This document shows positions 48,915 through 59,118 of a DNA stretch of 64,000 nucleotides, piece after piece (position 1 is the first letter of the stretch; every line of letters begins with the position of its first letter). Both the position numbers and the translations under genes were made by a program. The stretch covers positions 320,001 to 384,000 of the forward strand of contig JBNGBT010000001.1 in the NCBI GenBank assembly GCA_049903315.1, read 5' to 3'. The notes below the pieces were generated by a model. That model did no database searches. It was not told where the DNA came from and saw nothing but the letters and a program-made list of their open reading frames with translations. The DNA comes from Candidatus Cloacimonadota bacterium (GTDB lineage: Bacteria; Cloacimonadota; Cloacimonadia; JGIOTU-2).

Positions 48915-49994
48915 TCAATCCAGTTCGTTATCGATTGGTTTTAGAGTGTCTTCACCGGTTCCTGTTTTTGCTTTGATCAATTCAAGCTTCAAGCGTAATA
49001 ATGCAGCGGTCTCTACATCTGTTTCATTATCGATCATAATTTGATATATATAAACAAGCTCTTTGTTCAGTCCGAGCTCTTCATATATTTTTGCAAGCAG
49101 TTGATAGTACTCATTTTTCTCTTCTTGAGGAGTGGTTTCAATAATATAGTTAAGCGTATCTATTGCTTGAAGAAATTGATGATTTGCCACCAAGCCATTA
49201 ATAAACAACTCATAAGAATCCGACTTCAATTCCGAATGCGGGAATCGATTAAGAAGGGCGATGGTCGTCTCAACTGTTTTATCCCAATTATTTTGTGATT
49301 TATATACAATTGAAAGGTTATAATAAACAGAATCAAGCCATGTACAGTGGGGATACGTATCAATAAGGAAAGTATATTCTCTTATTGCTTCATCAAAATT
49401 GCGAACAGTTACATAGTAATTTGCGAGCTCAAATTGCAGCTTTGGCACCTTTGAACTCAGTGGGAATTTTTTTATAAATTGAGTGTATATTTCCGTAGGA
49501 TTTTTGTAAATTCCAAGATAATAATTACATTTTTCAACCTGAAGAAATGCATGATCCTTGTCTTTTAAAGGGCTATTAAAATATATAAATTGTGTGTAGT
49601 AATGCTTTGCCTTTTCGTAATTCTTTTGAGAAAAATATATGTTTCCTATTTCCCTTAATGATAAAATTCCAAAATCATCAAGCGGATAGTCTTTATAGTT
49701 TTTCTCCAATACAGAAAGCGCAGTGTTTGTGCTATCAAGTGCGGCATAAGATTTTCCGACCAGGTACATCGCTTCAGCAAAAAAGAGTCCATTCGGATTG
49801 TCATGCACATACTCTTTAAGCTCAGTAATTGCTTGAGCATATAATTCATTTTCAAAATCAAATTTTCCGGTGAAGAAAACGATCAGGGAATCCTGATTTT
49901 GTACTTCCTTATTCACTACAGTATGTAACTCGACTTGAGCACAAAGTGATGCAGTTGATATTAGAAAAATAAGGATAAATAAGATTTTTTTCAT
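48915..49994 (-). CDS. Secreted TPR protein (BamD/YfiO-like repeats)
   Basis: Signal peptide from ATG 49994; repeated Y/FP.S TPR motifs. Confidence 0.75.
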   Translation of the reverse strand: MKKILFILIFLISTASLCAQVELHTVVNKEVQNQDSLIVFFTGKFDFENELYAQAITELKEYVHDNPNGLFFAEAMYLVGKSYAALDSTNTALSVLEKNYKDYPLDDFGILSLREIGNIYFSQKNYEKAKHYYTQFIYFNSPLKDKDHAFLQVEKCNYYLGIYKNPTEIYTQFIKKFPLSSKVPKLQFELANYYVTVRNFDEAIREYTFLIDTYPHCTWLDSVYYNLSIVYKSQNNWDKTVETTIALLNRFPHSELKSDSYELFINGLVANHQFLQAIDTLNYIIETTPQEEKNEYYQLLAKIYEELGLNKELVYIYQIMIDNETDVETAALLRLKLELIKAKTGTGEDTLKPIDNELD

Positions 49995-49998
49995 TGAA

Positions 49999-52900
49999 TT
50001 AATCGAGTTTGACAGACACAATCTTCGAGACACCCTCTTCTTCCATTGTAATGCCATACAAATAATCCACAGCTTCAATAGTACGTTTGTTGTGCGTAAT
50101 GATAAGGAATTGTGTGTCGGATGAAAATTTATTTACCAACTGAAGAAATCTGCCCACATTTGAATCATCAAGAGGGGCATCGATCTCATCGAGGATACAG
50201 AAAGGACTCGGCTTTACAAGATAAATAGAGAAAAGGAGCGCTATTGCAGTGAGAGCTTTCTCTCCGCTTGAAAGAAGGCTGATATTCGTTATTTTCTTTC
50301 CTTTGGGATTTGAATATATCTCAATTTTTGAGTTAAGAGGATCCGAGGGATTTTCCAGCTTGAGTACACCCTTTCCACCGTTAAAGATTTCTTTGTAGAT
50401 TGAATCAAAGTTCTTTTGAATGATGGTAAAAGTGTTCATGAACATTTTTTCGGCAGTCTCGTTGAGTTGGGATATCGCTTCCTGAAGATTAGTTTTGGAA
50501 TCAACAAGGTCTGTTCTCTGTTCATTGAGAAATTCCAACCGCTTTTTTTGCGTTTCATAATCATTAATTGCAGCAAGGTTTATTGGTCCCAGATTTTCAA
50601 GACGTTTCTCCTGCTTTTCTCTGTCTGTTTGCAACTCAACCGTATTAAGTTCTTCATAATCCTCTGCTCTATCGTGAGATAGATCATGGTGATAATGCTG
50701 TATCACATCATCTTTCAAATGTTCGATCTTCAGTTTCGTTTCCTGGATTTTGAGTTCGATCTCGTTCTTATCTCTTGAGAATACTTCCTTTTTATATTCG
50801 AGATCATGCAATGTCATCTTGAGGGTATCGAGCTTTTTCCTGAGTTCGTGGAATTCGTTTTCTATACTTACGTTTTTTTCTTTGAAAGTATGCAGTTCAT
50901 CGACTTTTTTCTTAAAGGAAATCTCATACTTTTCAGTTTCTTCTAGCAGGTCTTCTATCTCTTTTTTCAATGGTTCGATCGAATTCTGTAATTTCTCCAG
51001 TTCCTGTTCATTTGCCAGCGCAGTTTCTTTGATACGAATTATGTTCTGATTTATATATGCGATATCTTTATCGAGTTTGGTGACTTCGATTTTTTGGTCA
51101 TTAACCAATTCTTCATAGCGGTATTGCTCTTTGCGGGTTACTTTCAGTGATGCCTGAACAGATTCCAGCTTTTGCTGAAGAGCTTTTTCTTCTTGTACCG
51201 GAATTTCACCGAGTTTTACTTCAACAGCGTCCAATCCTTCCAGGATTTCGGATTGCTGCGTTTCTATCTCTGAGAGTTGCTGTTTATTATCTCTCACCAA
51301 CTCCTGAAAATTATCCCTCTGAATAGTAATATTGATGAGCTGTTTTTGATCTTTTTCAAGTTGATCTGATGTGAGAGCAATGTCTTTTGTCAGAATTTTT
51401 ATTTGTTCATTAATTTGTGATTTTTTAGCGATTATTTCTTCAATGGATCGCAGTATTTTGGCATTTTCACCTTGTAAGCCTGATATTTTTTTATCGATAT
51501 TATGCAATTCTGCTTTACGGCTGAGAAGTCCTTTTGAAGATGAATCAATCCAGTGGGTGGTGACCATTCCGCGGTTTGAATATATCTCACCAGTTCTCGT
51601 AATAAAGTAGAGAATTTTATCATCATTTTGATATTGATTAGTAAGAGTAAGTGCGATATCACGATTTTCAACAATATAATAATTCTCAAGCAACTTTGGA
51701 TGGACGATTTCAGTCTTGAAGGTGAGTATCTCAATAAGCGGGACTGCATTTTCAATCTTGATCATCTGCGGGTTTTTTTTCTGACCTGTATTCTTGATTA
51801 TAAGCTGGGATGTGAGCTTCTCTTTCTGTAAGTAGGAAACGAGTTCTTGAATATCCTGCTCTTCACAAATGGCAGAAAGAAGTATGTTCCGTAATGCCTG
51901 TTCGATAAGACCGGCATACTCGTCTTTCACAGAAATATTTTCAGCAAGGGTTGTGAGTTTTCTATCTTTGAATTTTTCCAGAAGCGCTTTGGTGCCGTCC
52001 GAATATCCTGCAAAATTCCTTTCCCATTCCTTAAGTTGCTGCTTTTCATTTTCAAGAGCCTTAATTCTGAAAAGAAAATCATGAGATTCATCACGCAACT
52101 TTAGTTCTTTTTTATTGAGATCTTCAAGACTTTTTTCATGAGAGATACTCTTGTCACGAATTGCCTGGAGTGATTGTGTGCTTTGCTGCTGTTTCTTTTC
52201 ATGTTCTGTTACCAGCTCGCAGAATTTCTCATATTTGTTTTGATAATCATTAATTTTCTCTGCAATACGGTTAACCTGTTCTGTGATAAGCCGCTGTCTG
52301 GTTTCAAGCTCATTTTGTTCATTCAACAACTTCTGTTTTTTGGATTGGAACTCATTTATTTTACTATAGATATCATCATTTTCTTTATAAAGTTCTTGAA
52401 CATTTTCTTTGATCTCAGCGAGTTTTTTTTCTAATTTTTCAGCTTGTTCTTTTTGGAAGATAAGGGATTCTTGAGCTTCTTTGATTTTTTTATATTCTTG
52501 ATCTAGAACATCAGAACCGGACTCTTTTTGCAGTTTTATTACTTTTATGCGCTCTTGGTTGTCCTCGAGTTTGTTTTTATTATTTGTTATCTGTTGCTTG
52601 TTGAGAAGAATCTGTTTTTCAAAGGAATTTATAGCTTCTTCAATCTCGCGCTGCTTTGCCTGTTCTTGTTTCAGCTTATCTTCAATCGCAAGATGTTCCC
52701 TTTCTTTTGTGGTAAACTCAGCTTCACATTTGGAAAGATCTTTGCTGTTCAGAGTGATCTTCTCTTCAAGCTCCAGGAACTTTTCATTCATTGGTGCTAG
52801 CTGTTTATGCATTTTAAAAAAATCAATACCTGCAATTTGTATTTTGATCGTATTGATCGAGTTATTTATGTTTTGATATCGTTTTGCCTTGCCAACCTGG

Positions 52901-53520
52901 TGTCGGAGCGAACCGACCTGATATTTTACTTCGGAGATAATGTCATCGAGACGTATAAGGTCATTCTGCACAGAACTTAATTTATTTTCACATGTGCGCT
53001 GGCTTTGGTTATATTTCATTATGCCGGCAGCTTCTTCGAACAGATAGCGTTTTTCTTCATCAGAGCTGTTCAGCAGATCGTCGATCATTTTTTGCTCTAT
53101 AAAAGAGTATGCTCGACGTCCCATGCCCGTGTCGTAAAAGAGATTAAGGATATCTTTCAGACGGCAGGATTGTCCATTTATCATATATTCACTTTCACCA
53201 TCAACATAGAGCTTGCGTGTTATTTTTACTTCTTCATATTCAACAGGGAGGATTTTCTTATCATTTTCAATAATAATGGAAACTTCTGTAAAACTGTGCG
53301 CACTTCGCTTTCTTGTTCCTTTGAAAATAACATCACGCATTGTGCCGCCGCGAAGTCTTCTGGCATTCTGCTCACCCAGAACCCAGTGGATTGCATCAGA
53401 AATATTTGATTTTCCACATCCATTTGGGCCGACAATCCCAGTTAGTCCTTTAGAAAAACTAAATTTTATTGGTTCGCCAAAGGATTTGAATCCGACAATT
53501 TCAAGTTGAGATAATTTCAA
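49999..53520 (-). CDS. smc: Chromosome segregation protein SMC
   Basis: GFKSF, VGPNGCGKSN, coiled coils with hinge, LSSGEKAL, PFCILDEIDAPLD, ITHN; TTG start with AGGAG. Confidence 0.97.
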   Translation of the reverse strand: MKLSQLEIVGFKSFGEPIKFSFSKGLTGIVGPNGCGKSNISDAIHWVLGEQNARRLRGGTMRDVIFKGTRKRSAHSFTEVSIIIENDKKILPVEYEEVKITRKLYVDGESEYMINGQSCRLKDILNLFYDTGMGRRAYSFIEQKMIDDLLNSSDEEKRYLFEEAAGIMKYNQSQRTCENKLSSVQNDLIRLDDIISEVKYQVGSLRHQVGKAKRYQNINNSINTIKIQIAGIDFFKMHKQLAPMNEKFLELEEKITLNSKDLSKCEAEFTTKEREHLAIEDKLKQEQAKQREIEEAINSFEKQILLNKQQITNNKNKLEDNQERIKVIKLQKESGSDVLDQEYKKIKEAQESLIFQKEQAEKLEKKLAEIKENVQELYKENDDIYSKINEFQSKKQKLLNEQNELETRQRLITEQVNRIAEKINDYQNKYEKFCELVTEHEKKQQQSTQSLQAIRDKSISHEKSLEDLNKKELKLRDESHDFLFRIKALENEKQQLKEWERNFAGYSDGTKALLEKFKDRKLTTLAENISVKDEYAGLIEQALRNILLSAICEEQDIQELVSYLQKEKLTSQLIIKNTGQKKNPQMIKIENAVPLIEILTFKTEIVHPKLLENYYIVENRDIALTLTNQYQNDDKILYFITRTGEIYSNRGMVTTHWIDSSSKGLLSRKAELHNIDKKISGLQGENAKILRSIEEIIAKKSQINEQIKILTKDIALTSDQLEKDQKQLINITIQRDNFQELVRDNKQQLSEIETQQSEILEGLDAVEVKLGEIPVQEEKALQQKLESVQASLKVTRKEQYRYEELVNDQKIEVTKLDKDIAYINQNIIRIKETALANEQELEKLQNSIEPLKKEIEDLLEETEKYEISFKKKVDELHTFKEKNVSIENEFHELRKKLDTLKMTLHDLEYKKEVFSRDKNEIELKIQETKLKIEHLKDDVIQHYHHDLSHDRAEDYEELNTVELQTDREKQEKRLENLGPINLAAINDYETQKKRLEFLNEQRTDLVDSKTNLQEAISQLNETAEKMFMNTFTIIQKNFDSIYKEIFNGGKGVLKLENPSDPLNSKIEIYSNPKGKKITNISLLSSGEKALTAIALLFSIYLVKPSPFCILDEIDAPLDDSNVGRFLQLVNKFSSDTQFLIITHNKRTIEAVDYLYGITMEEEGVSKIVSVKLD

Positions 53521-53540
53521 TGAAACTCCTAAACAATAAT

Positions 53541-55226
53541 TTAAAAACCTGTTTCCAGTCCAAAATGCACTGTGCCCTGCAAGGGACTTGTCCAGACGCC
53601 GTCCTGATAACCGATTCCGTAATCTATTTTTATAATGCCGATCTTGCTTTTGAGACGAACTCCCAGACCAACACCAATCAGACTTTTATATTCTTTGCAA
53701 TAACCATAATCAACAAAAACAAACGCACGTGAATCACGTGATAGCAGGTATCTGTACTCAAAACTGATGATGCCGAATTTGGCAGCAGTGAATTGATTGT
53801 CAACAAATCCTCTTAAGCTTTCATATCCCCCAAATGAGTATTTATCGTAATTTGAAAGGATGTCATTTTTTGTGAAGATGAGTTTGGTGAGCCCTTTTAA
53901 ATAAAAAACATTATAATAATTCAAGGGAATTATACATTCGATTTCTTCAGAAATAAATTGGTCATAGGATTTTTTAGAGCGCCATCGTATCGTGTAGTGA
54001 GTCGAATTTTTATATCCATTTCTCGGATTGACCGGATAGTCGAATTTGTTGATCTCGAGCATTGCGCCCACTCCATTTCTGTCTATACTTACTGTGTCTT
54101 CAATGGAGCTGCTGTAGGTATATTGGAGCCCGATCCTGCTGTAATTTTTCATAGTAAAGAATGATGCTATCTGAAGATCGGTGTTCACATAGGTCGTGTC
54201 CACTGTTTTTCTTCGGAGGGATCCCTCTGCTGAGATTTGTTGAGCTAGAATAAATGGCTCACGATAGGATATATAAAATTCTGAAGATTTGGAAGTCAGT
54301 TTGTTCCATTTGAGCTGCACTTCTCTGTCGGTTCCAAGAATGTTGAGAAATGAAAAATCAATAAATCCGGTAAGACGTTCCATAAAAGGGATATCTTCTT
54401 TTGAAGAAGCAAGTCCGAGCACACCCTGAAAGTGATTCATGCTTTTTTCTTTGATGGTGACCATTATCTGCCAGTTATTCAAGGGTATGATCACTGCTGA
54501 TTCAATATATTTTTTTTGTATCAGGTTATACTTTGCCCGTGCTATTTTTCTTGAGTCGTATATTTCATTTTCTTGAAAATTCAGAATAAGCTTGAGTGTT
54601 TTTTCTTTCGTGATCGTATTACCTTTGAAAATGATGTCAGAGATACGCACGAGTTCATTTTCCTTGATATTATAATTGAGAAAAAGAGAATCCTCTGAAA
54701 TTCTTAGACTATCCAGAGTCACTTTGCAGAACGGATACCCTTTCTCGGAATATATAGTTGCGATCATCTTCATGTCATAATTTGCTTTTTGGATGCTGAA
54801 TGGGGAATCCTTGTGCATAGAAAGGTAGGTCTGGAGTTTTTCCTGAGTGAAATATTTATTTCCATTAAAGGTTATATCTGCGACAAGAAGTCTTAGACCT
54901 TCATCAATGTTCAGTTTGATCGTGACGCCTTTTCCGTCATGGGAGGGAATTACTTCAGGAGGGGATATTGTTGTGAGATAAAATCCCCGCGAGAAATAGA
55001 GCTGAAGTATATTTGCGAGGTTTTGATTTAATATCTCATAGGAAAATTGTTCCTCAGTTTGAAGATCAAGAGCTTGTATGATCTCGGCATCAGTAAAATG
55101 TGTATTACCGGAGACTTCAATTGATTTGATGAGCAATTCGTTTGCGAATAGAGTAAATTTTGTAAATAAAAGAGATAAACTTATTATGAAAAAATAGAAA
55201 ATTGTTTTATTTATTTTTCTTTTCAT
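53541..55226 (-). CDS. Omp85 (BamA/TamA) family protein with POTRA domains
   Basis: Three I.F.GN POTRA-like repeats; PVNPRNG, GGYESLRGF, EYRY, FVDYG, C-terminal GF. Confidence 0.88.
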   Translation of the reverse strand: MKRKINKTIFYFFIISLSLLFTKFTLFANELLIKSIEVSGNTHFTDAEIIQALDLQTEEQFSYEILNQNLANILQLYFSRGFYLTTISPPEVIPSHDGKGVTIKLNIDEGLRLLVADITFNGNKYFTQEKLQTYLSMHKDSPFSIQKANYDMKMIATIYSEKGYPFCKVTLDSLRISEDSLFLNYNIKENELVRISDIIFKGNTITKEKTLKLILNFQENEIYDSRKIARAKYNLIQKKYIESAVIIPLNNWQIMVTIKEKSMNHFQGVLGLASSKEDIPFMERLTGFIDFSFLNILGTDREVQLKWNKLTSKSSEFYISYREPFILAQQISAEGSLRRKTVDTTYVNTDLQIASFFTMKNYSRIGLQYTYSSSIEDTVSIDRNGVGAMLEINKFDYPVNPRNGYKNSTHYTIRWRSKKSYDQFISEEIECIIPLNYYNVFYLKGLTKLIFTKNDILSNYDKYSFGGYESLRGFVDNQFTAAKFGIISFEYRYLLSRDSRAFVFVDYGYCKEYKSLIGVGLGVRLKSKIGIIKIDYGIGYQDGVWTSPLQGTVHFGLETGF

Positions 55227-55260
55227 AAAATATTTACCAATTCCTCACAACCTGAAACCG

Positions 55261-55291
55261 TTGTCATTCCCGAGTGTTATCCGAAATCCAG
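55261..55291. repeat. Degenerate GTCATTCCCG...AATCCAG REP-like element
   Basis: ttgtcattcccgagtgttatccgaaatccag in an intergenic gap. Confidence 0.35.
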
Positions 55292-55313
55292 TAATCACAA
55301 ATTATCTGGAAAA

Positions 55314-56666
55314 TCAATACTTATACAATACCGTAAACTTAAAATTAACCTTATCCTCAGCAGGTACGTACACCTGGAATTCTAATGTATAGGCATCTTT
55401 TTTTGTGTAGGCAATATCCGATTTTGTGATCGTCCAGTTTGTACCAAGACTTCGAGTCACTTCAATGGTGACCGGTTCTTTTTTCTGATTGCGGATCTCA
55501 CACTCATATATTTCTTCGCGGGATTTCTGGCTTGGCCGGGTGCTTTCTAAAAGTATGCATTCACCTTTAATATCGAAGGCAGTGCCAATCGTGATCTCGA
55601 CCTCTTCATTGCGAGGAGTATGTTCGATAAAATCCTCACCAACAAATTCTGCTGCATCATTATCCTGAGTTTTAAAAATACGCAATTTCCCCATTGGCAG
55701 TGGGATTCCAAGACCTGATTTCTCATCATTCTTGAAGCTGATTAGCACAGAAATATCATTTCCATAGTTTGCATTATAGCGATATATTTTTATAACGTTC
55801 ACATCGGTAGGATCGAAAAGAGAGAGCTGCTTCTGCTGGTTGTTATTGATATCTACAGTTTTGTTTTCCAGCGTATAAAGGTGATATTCAAAGAATTCCT
55901 TTTCAGTTATCTGTGGTTCTTCAAAACCTCCATATCCCTCTGCTTTCATAACCATGTCACGAGGCATATTCGGATACTCGGGAGCGAGATTCACATCACC
56001 AGCCATCAGCTTCAGGGTCACATCCTGGAATGCTTTTCCTGAATTATTGTTGAGAGAAATCCATGATGAAAGATTGAGATGTTCATCATCATTATCAAGA
56101 ATGCCGACATACTGAGCATCCCATGAAATACCATTGGTAATGTAGCTGAGTTTACAGGGTGTATCACCGGATTTATTGGATAACAATTCCCAGTTCAAGG
56201 TGGGTTTTGTATAGAAATTTTTGGGCATTTCCGCAAGATCAATGGTTTGGATTTCATCTCGATTTACCATATGAATGCCGCTCATTGAATTCTCTATCAC
56301 AATTGTATCATAGTCAAAGGACTTAAGGATACCGCTGTAGAGGTCGCCGCTTTTTACAACAATAGAAATACTTTTATCCAGATATTTATTTAAAATTTTA
56401 TTTGTATTCGCTAGATCATACTCGAAGTTTTGCTGTGTAATGATGACCTTATCAGAAGCTTTAATCGGTTCAAGATGAACGGATGTTGTTTGTATCGCTG
56501 CGGGAATATCATCATAGTTATAGAGGTTCAATCCCTTTTGAAGCATGATTGAAATCTCACTCCGTACTGTGGCAAAGTTCTGATTGTACACGGTCATATC
56601 TGTTGCAGTCAATGTGGCTGTACAGATAATAAAAATTCCAGTTATAGTTATGATATATTTTTTCAT
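55314..56666 (-). CDS. DUF4139-type secreted protein
   Basis: TVYNQNFATVR, QQNFEYDL, LSYITNGISWDAQY, NNSG, LMAGDVN, EYHLY, LGIPLPMG, FVGED.IEHTP. Confidence 0.85.
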   Translation of the reverse strand: MKKYIITITGIFIICTATLTATDMTVYNQNFATVRSEISIMLQKGLNLYNYDDIPAAIQTTSVHLEPIKASDKVIITQQNFEYDLANTNKILNKYLDKSISIVVKSGDLYSGILKSFDYDTIVIENSMSGIHMVNRDEIQTIDLAEMPKNFYTKPTLNWELLSNKSGDTPCKLSYITNGISWDAQYVGILDNDDEHLNLSSWISLNNNSGKAFQDVTLKLMAGDVNLAPEYPNMPRDMVMKAEGYGGFEEPQITEKEFFEYHLYTLENKTVDINNNQQKQLSLFDPTDVNVIKIYRYNANYGNDISVLISFKNDEKSGLGIPLPMGKLRIFKTQDNDAAEFVGEDFIEHTPRNEEVEITIGTAFDIKGECILLESTRPSQKSREEIYECEIRNQKKEPVTIEVTRSLGTNWTITKSDIAYTKKDAYTLEFQVYVPAEDKVNFKFTVLYKY

Positions 56667-57295
56667 TCTTCCTCGCTTTCTTGTAAGATTTGTTTTATTT
56701 TAGATACGATCATATCAATTGCAATTGCATTCATGCCACCTTCGGGCACAATTATATCAGCAAATCTTTTTGATGGTTCCACAAACTCAAGATGCATCGG
56801 ACGCACGGTTTTCATATATTGATTGTACACAGACTCGAAGGTGCGCCCGCGATCTTTAATATCTCGTTTGATCCTTCTCAGAATGCGTACATCAGCATCA
56901 GTATCAACAAATATTTTGATGTCCAGCAGATTGCGCAGCTCCTTGTTTTCAAAGACGAGAATTCCCTCAAGCATGATTACTTTGTGGGGTGAAATAGGAA
57001 TGGTTTGCTTCATTCTCAAGTGAGTGGCAAAATCATACTGGGGCATTTCGACAGGGACATCATTTTTAAGGTTGCTCAGGTGCTTCATGAGAAGTTGAGT
57101 GTCAAAAGCATCAGGATGGTCAAAATTGATGTTTTTGCGTTCATCAAAACTCAGTTCTTTATGAGATTTGTAATACGCGTCCTGTTTGATAATGAGTACA
57201 TTCGGCTCATTAAGCTCTTCAATGATCCTCTCTGCCAGAGTTGTTTTTCCCGATCCTGTACCGCCTGCGATTCCAATAATAATATTCTTGCTCAT
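56663..57295 (-). CDS. udk: Uridine kinase
   Basis: IGIAGGTGSGKTT, QDAYY, NFDHPDAFD, EGIL, RRIKRD...RGR, FVEPSKRFAD. Confidence 0.97.
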   Translation of the reverse strand: MSKNIIIGIAGGTGSGKTTLAERIIEELNEPNVLIIKQDAYYKSHKELSFDERKNINFDHPDAFDTQLLMKHLSNLKNDVPVEMPQYDFATHLRMKQTIPISPHKVIMLEGILVFENKELRNLLDIKIFVDTDADVRILRRIKRDIKDRGRTFESVYNQYMKTVRPMHLEFVEPSKRFADIIVPEGGMNAIAIDMIVSKIKQILQESEEE

Positions 57296-57343
57296 AGTAC
57301 CTTCATGTTTCGAGTTTATGTGAGTATTTTGTCAATTTTCAAG

Positions 57344-58243
57344 TTATTTTCTGTCACCATGCGGGTGAGCTGTTTTATATACTTCTTTTAATTTCTGCAT
57401 GGAAGTATGGGTATATACTTCGGTCGATGTCAAGCTGCTGTGCCCGAGAAGTTCCTGCACGGAGCGCAAGTCAGCGCCGTGATCCAGCATATGCGTGGCA
57501 AAGGTGTGCCGCAGTGTGTGAGGACTGTAATTTTTTGATTTTTCAATTACTTTCAAATATTTATTCACAATATATCTGAGTTCGTCAGCAGAAAGGGGAT
57601 TTCCGTTTTTTGAAAGAAAAAATTCGGGAACATCCACAGTTTTGATAAAAGAATCTCTAATTTTCAGATATTTTTCTAGAGCTGCAATCGCATAGCTTCC
57701 CATCGGAATGATCCTGGTTTTAGAACGTTTCCCAAGTACTTTGATCTGATTTTGCCTGAAATCCACATCTTTGATCTTGAGACCTGCAAGCTCTCCGATA
57801 CGGATGCCCGTGCTGTACAGCAGCTCAAGAATTGCAAGGTTTCGAATGCCATATATGTCTTCCTGATCAGGAATCTGCAGCACGAAGCGCATATCATTTT
57901 CCGTAAGAAAGGTGGCAGCATGTTTCTCAAATTTGGGGATTTTAATTTCAATGAGAGGATTGTGCGCTGTAAATCTATTCTGTATCATGTAAGAAAAAAA
58001 TGCTTTGATCGAGATAACCTTCCGCGCGAGAGTTCTGTTGCCATCCTTTTGTTCACTCAGATTCTGTAGAAAATCACGAAACATTGATTTATTTATCTCT
58101 TCGATAATGACATTTTCATCCGGGAAAAATTTCTTTATGAATTCAAAAAATTGTTCCACATCTCCGAGATATGCACGAAGTGTATGTTTTGAGTAATTTT
58201 GTGATATGAGGTATTCTTTGTATTTCTTAATTATTTTTTCCAT
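57344..58243 (-). CDS. xerC: Tyrosine recombinase XerC/XerD
   Basis: S.HTLRAY..D, LELLYSTGIRIGEL, GKRSKTR, SPHTLRHTFATHML..GADLRSVQELLGHSSL.STEVYTH. Confidence 0.88.
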   Translation of the reverse strand: MEKIIKKYKEYLISQNYSKHTLRAYLGDVEQFFEFIKKFFPDENVIIEEINKSMFRDFLQNLSEQKDGNRTLARKVISIKAFFSYMIQNRFTAHNPLIEIKIPKFEKHAATFLTENDMRFVLQIPDQEDIYGIRNLAILELLYSTGIRIGELAGLKIKDVDFRQNQIKVLGKRSKTRIIPMGSYAIAALEKYLKIRDSFIKTVDVPEFFLSKNGNPLSADELRYIVNKYLKVIEKSKNYSPHTLRHTFATHMLDHGADLRSVQELLGHSSLTSTEVYTHTSMQKLKEVYKTAHPHGDRK

Positions 58244-58917
58244 GTGATTGGTATCGCATAGGGGATTGGGTCGGGGTAACCAACTTTCTGGAATGCAGTA
58301 ATACGCAAAGTGCAGCTTTCACATACTCCGCACGCCTTTTCCTCATTTTGGTAGCAGGACCATGTCAGATGGAGTGGTGCATGTAATTCCAAGCCAATCT
58401 TTACAACTTCTGCTTTTGTATTGTGCAGAACGGGCGTTTCAATTTCGATATGCGTGTCAGGTTTTGTGCCCTGCTCGATCGTTTTATTGAAACTTGTGAA
58501 GAAACTTTCCCTGCAATCTGGGTAACCGCTGCTGTCCTCCTCCATCGCACCAATAAATATTTTTTTTGCACCTATAACCTCTGCCCAGGACGTTGCAATT
58601 GAGAGCAGATTTGCATTCCGGAAAGGAACATAGGTCGAAGGAATGTCATTATTGCTGCTTTTTTCTGGAATCGTGAGAGCTTCATCGGTCAAACTCGAAC
58701 CACCAATTTTTTGAAGATAGCCAATATCCACATTCAGAAAGTCTTTGACTTTATAATATTCTGCAATATCCTTAAATGCCTTCTCTTCCCGCTTATCGGT
58801 TAGCTGCCCGTAATTCACATGCAATAGGCATACATAATAATTTTCCTGTGCAATTGCTGTGACTACACAACTGTCCAATCCTCCGCTGAGGAGTACGATC
58901 GCTTTTTCTTTTTTCAT
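58231..58917 (-). CDS. queC: 7-cyano-7-deazaguanine synthase
   Basis: LLSGGLDS, YGQ, STYVPFRNA, GYPDCR, TWSCY...CGVCESC..R; start at ATG 58917. Confidence 0.96.
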   Translation of the reverse strand: MKKEKAIVLLSGGLDSCVVTAIAQENYYVCLLHVNYGQLTDKREEKAFKDIAEYYKVKDFLNVDIGYLQKIGGSSLTDEALTIPEKSSNNDIPSTYVPFRNANLLSIATSWAEVIGAKKIFIGAMEEDSSGYPDCRESFFTSFNKTIEQGTKPDTHIEIETPVLHNTKAEVVKIGLELHAPLHLTWSCYQNEEKACGVCESCTLRITAFQKVGYPDPIPYAIPITWKK

Positions 58918-58975
58918 GATGTCCAACTGTTTGGATGCATTCAGGATTGACAAGAAATTTATGAAAGGAAAAAGA

Positions 58976-59070
58976 GTTAACCACGAAAACACGAAAGAGC
59001 AAGAAAAGTTTTGAAGTATGGATTATGACATTTCATTAGTAATTAGAAATTAGGATTTAGGATTTTTATT
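58976..59070. repeat. TTCGTG-family repeat (reverse) plus ATTAGNA heptamers in the queC/dusB divergent gap
   Basis: gttaaccacgaaaacacgaaa; attagta-attagaa-attagga-tttagga. Confidence 0.5.
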
Positions 59071-59118
59071 TATCGAAATAGTTGCCACACAAGCATGATC
59101 TATTACTATATATGAAAA

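Noticed and set aside
57344..58243. Tyrosine recombinase as a phage or island integrase
   Set aside because: Xer-type length and motifs, embedded among housekeeping genes, with no mobile cargo or att duplication seen
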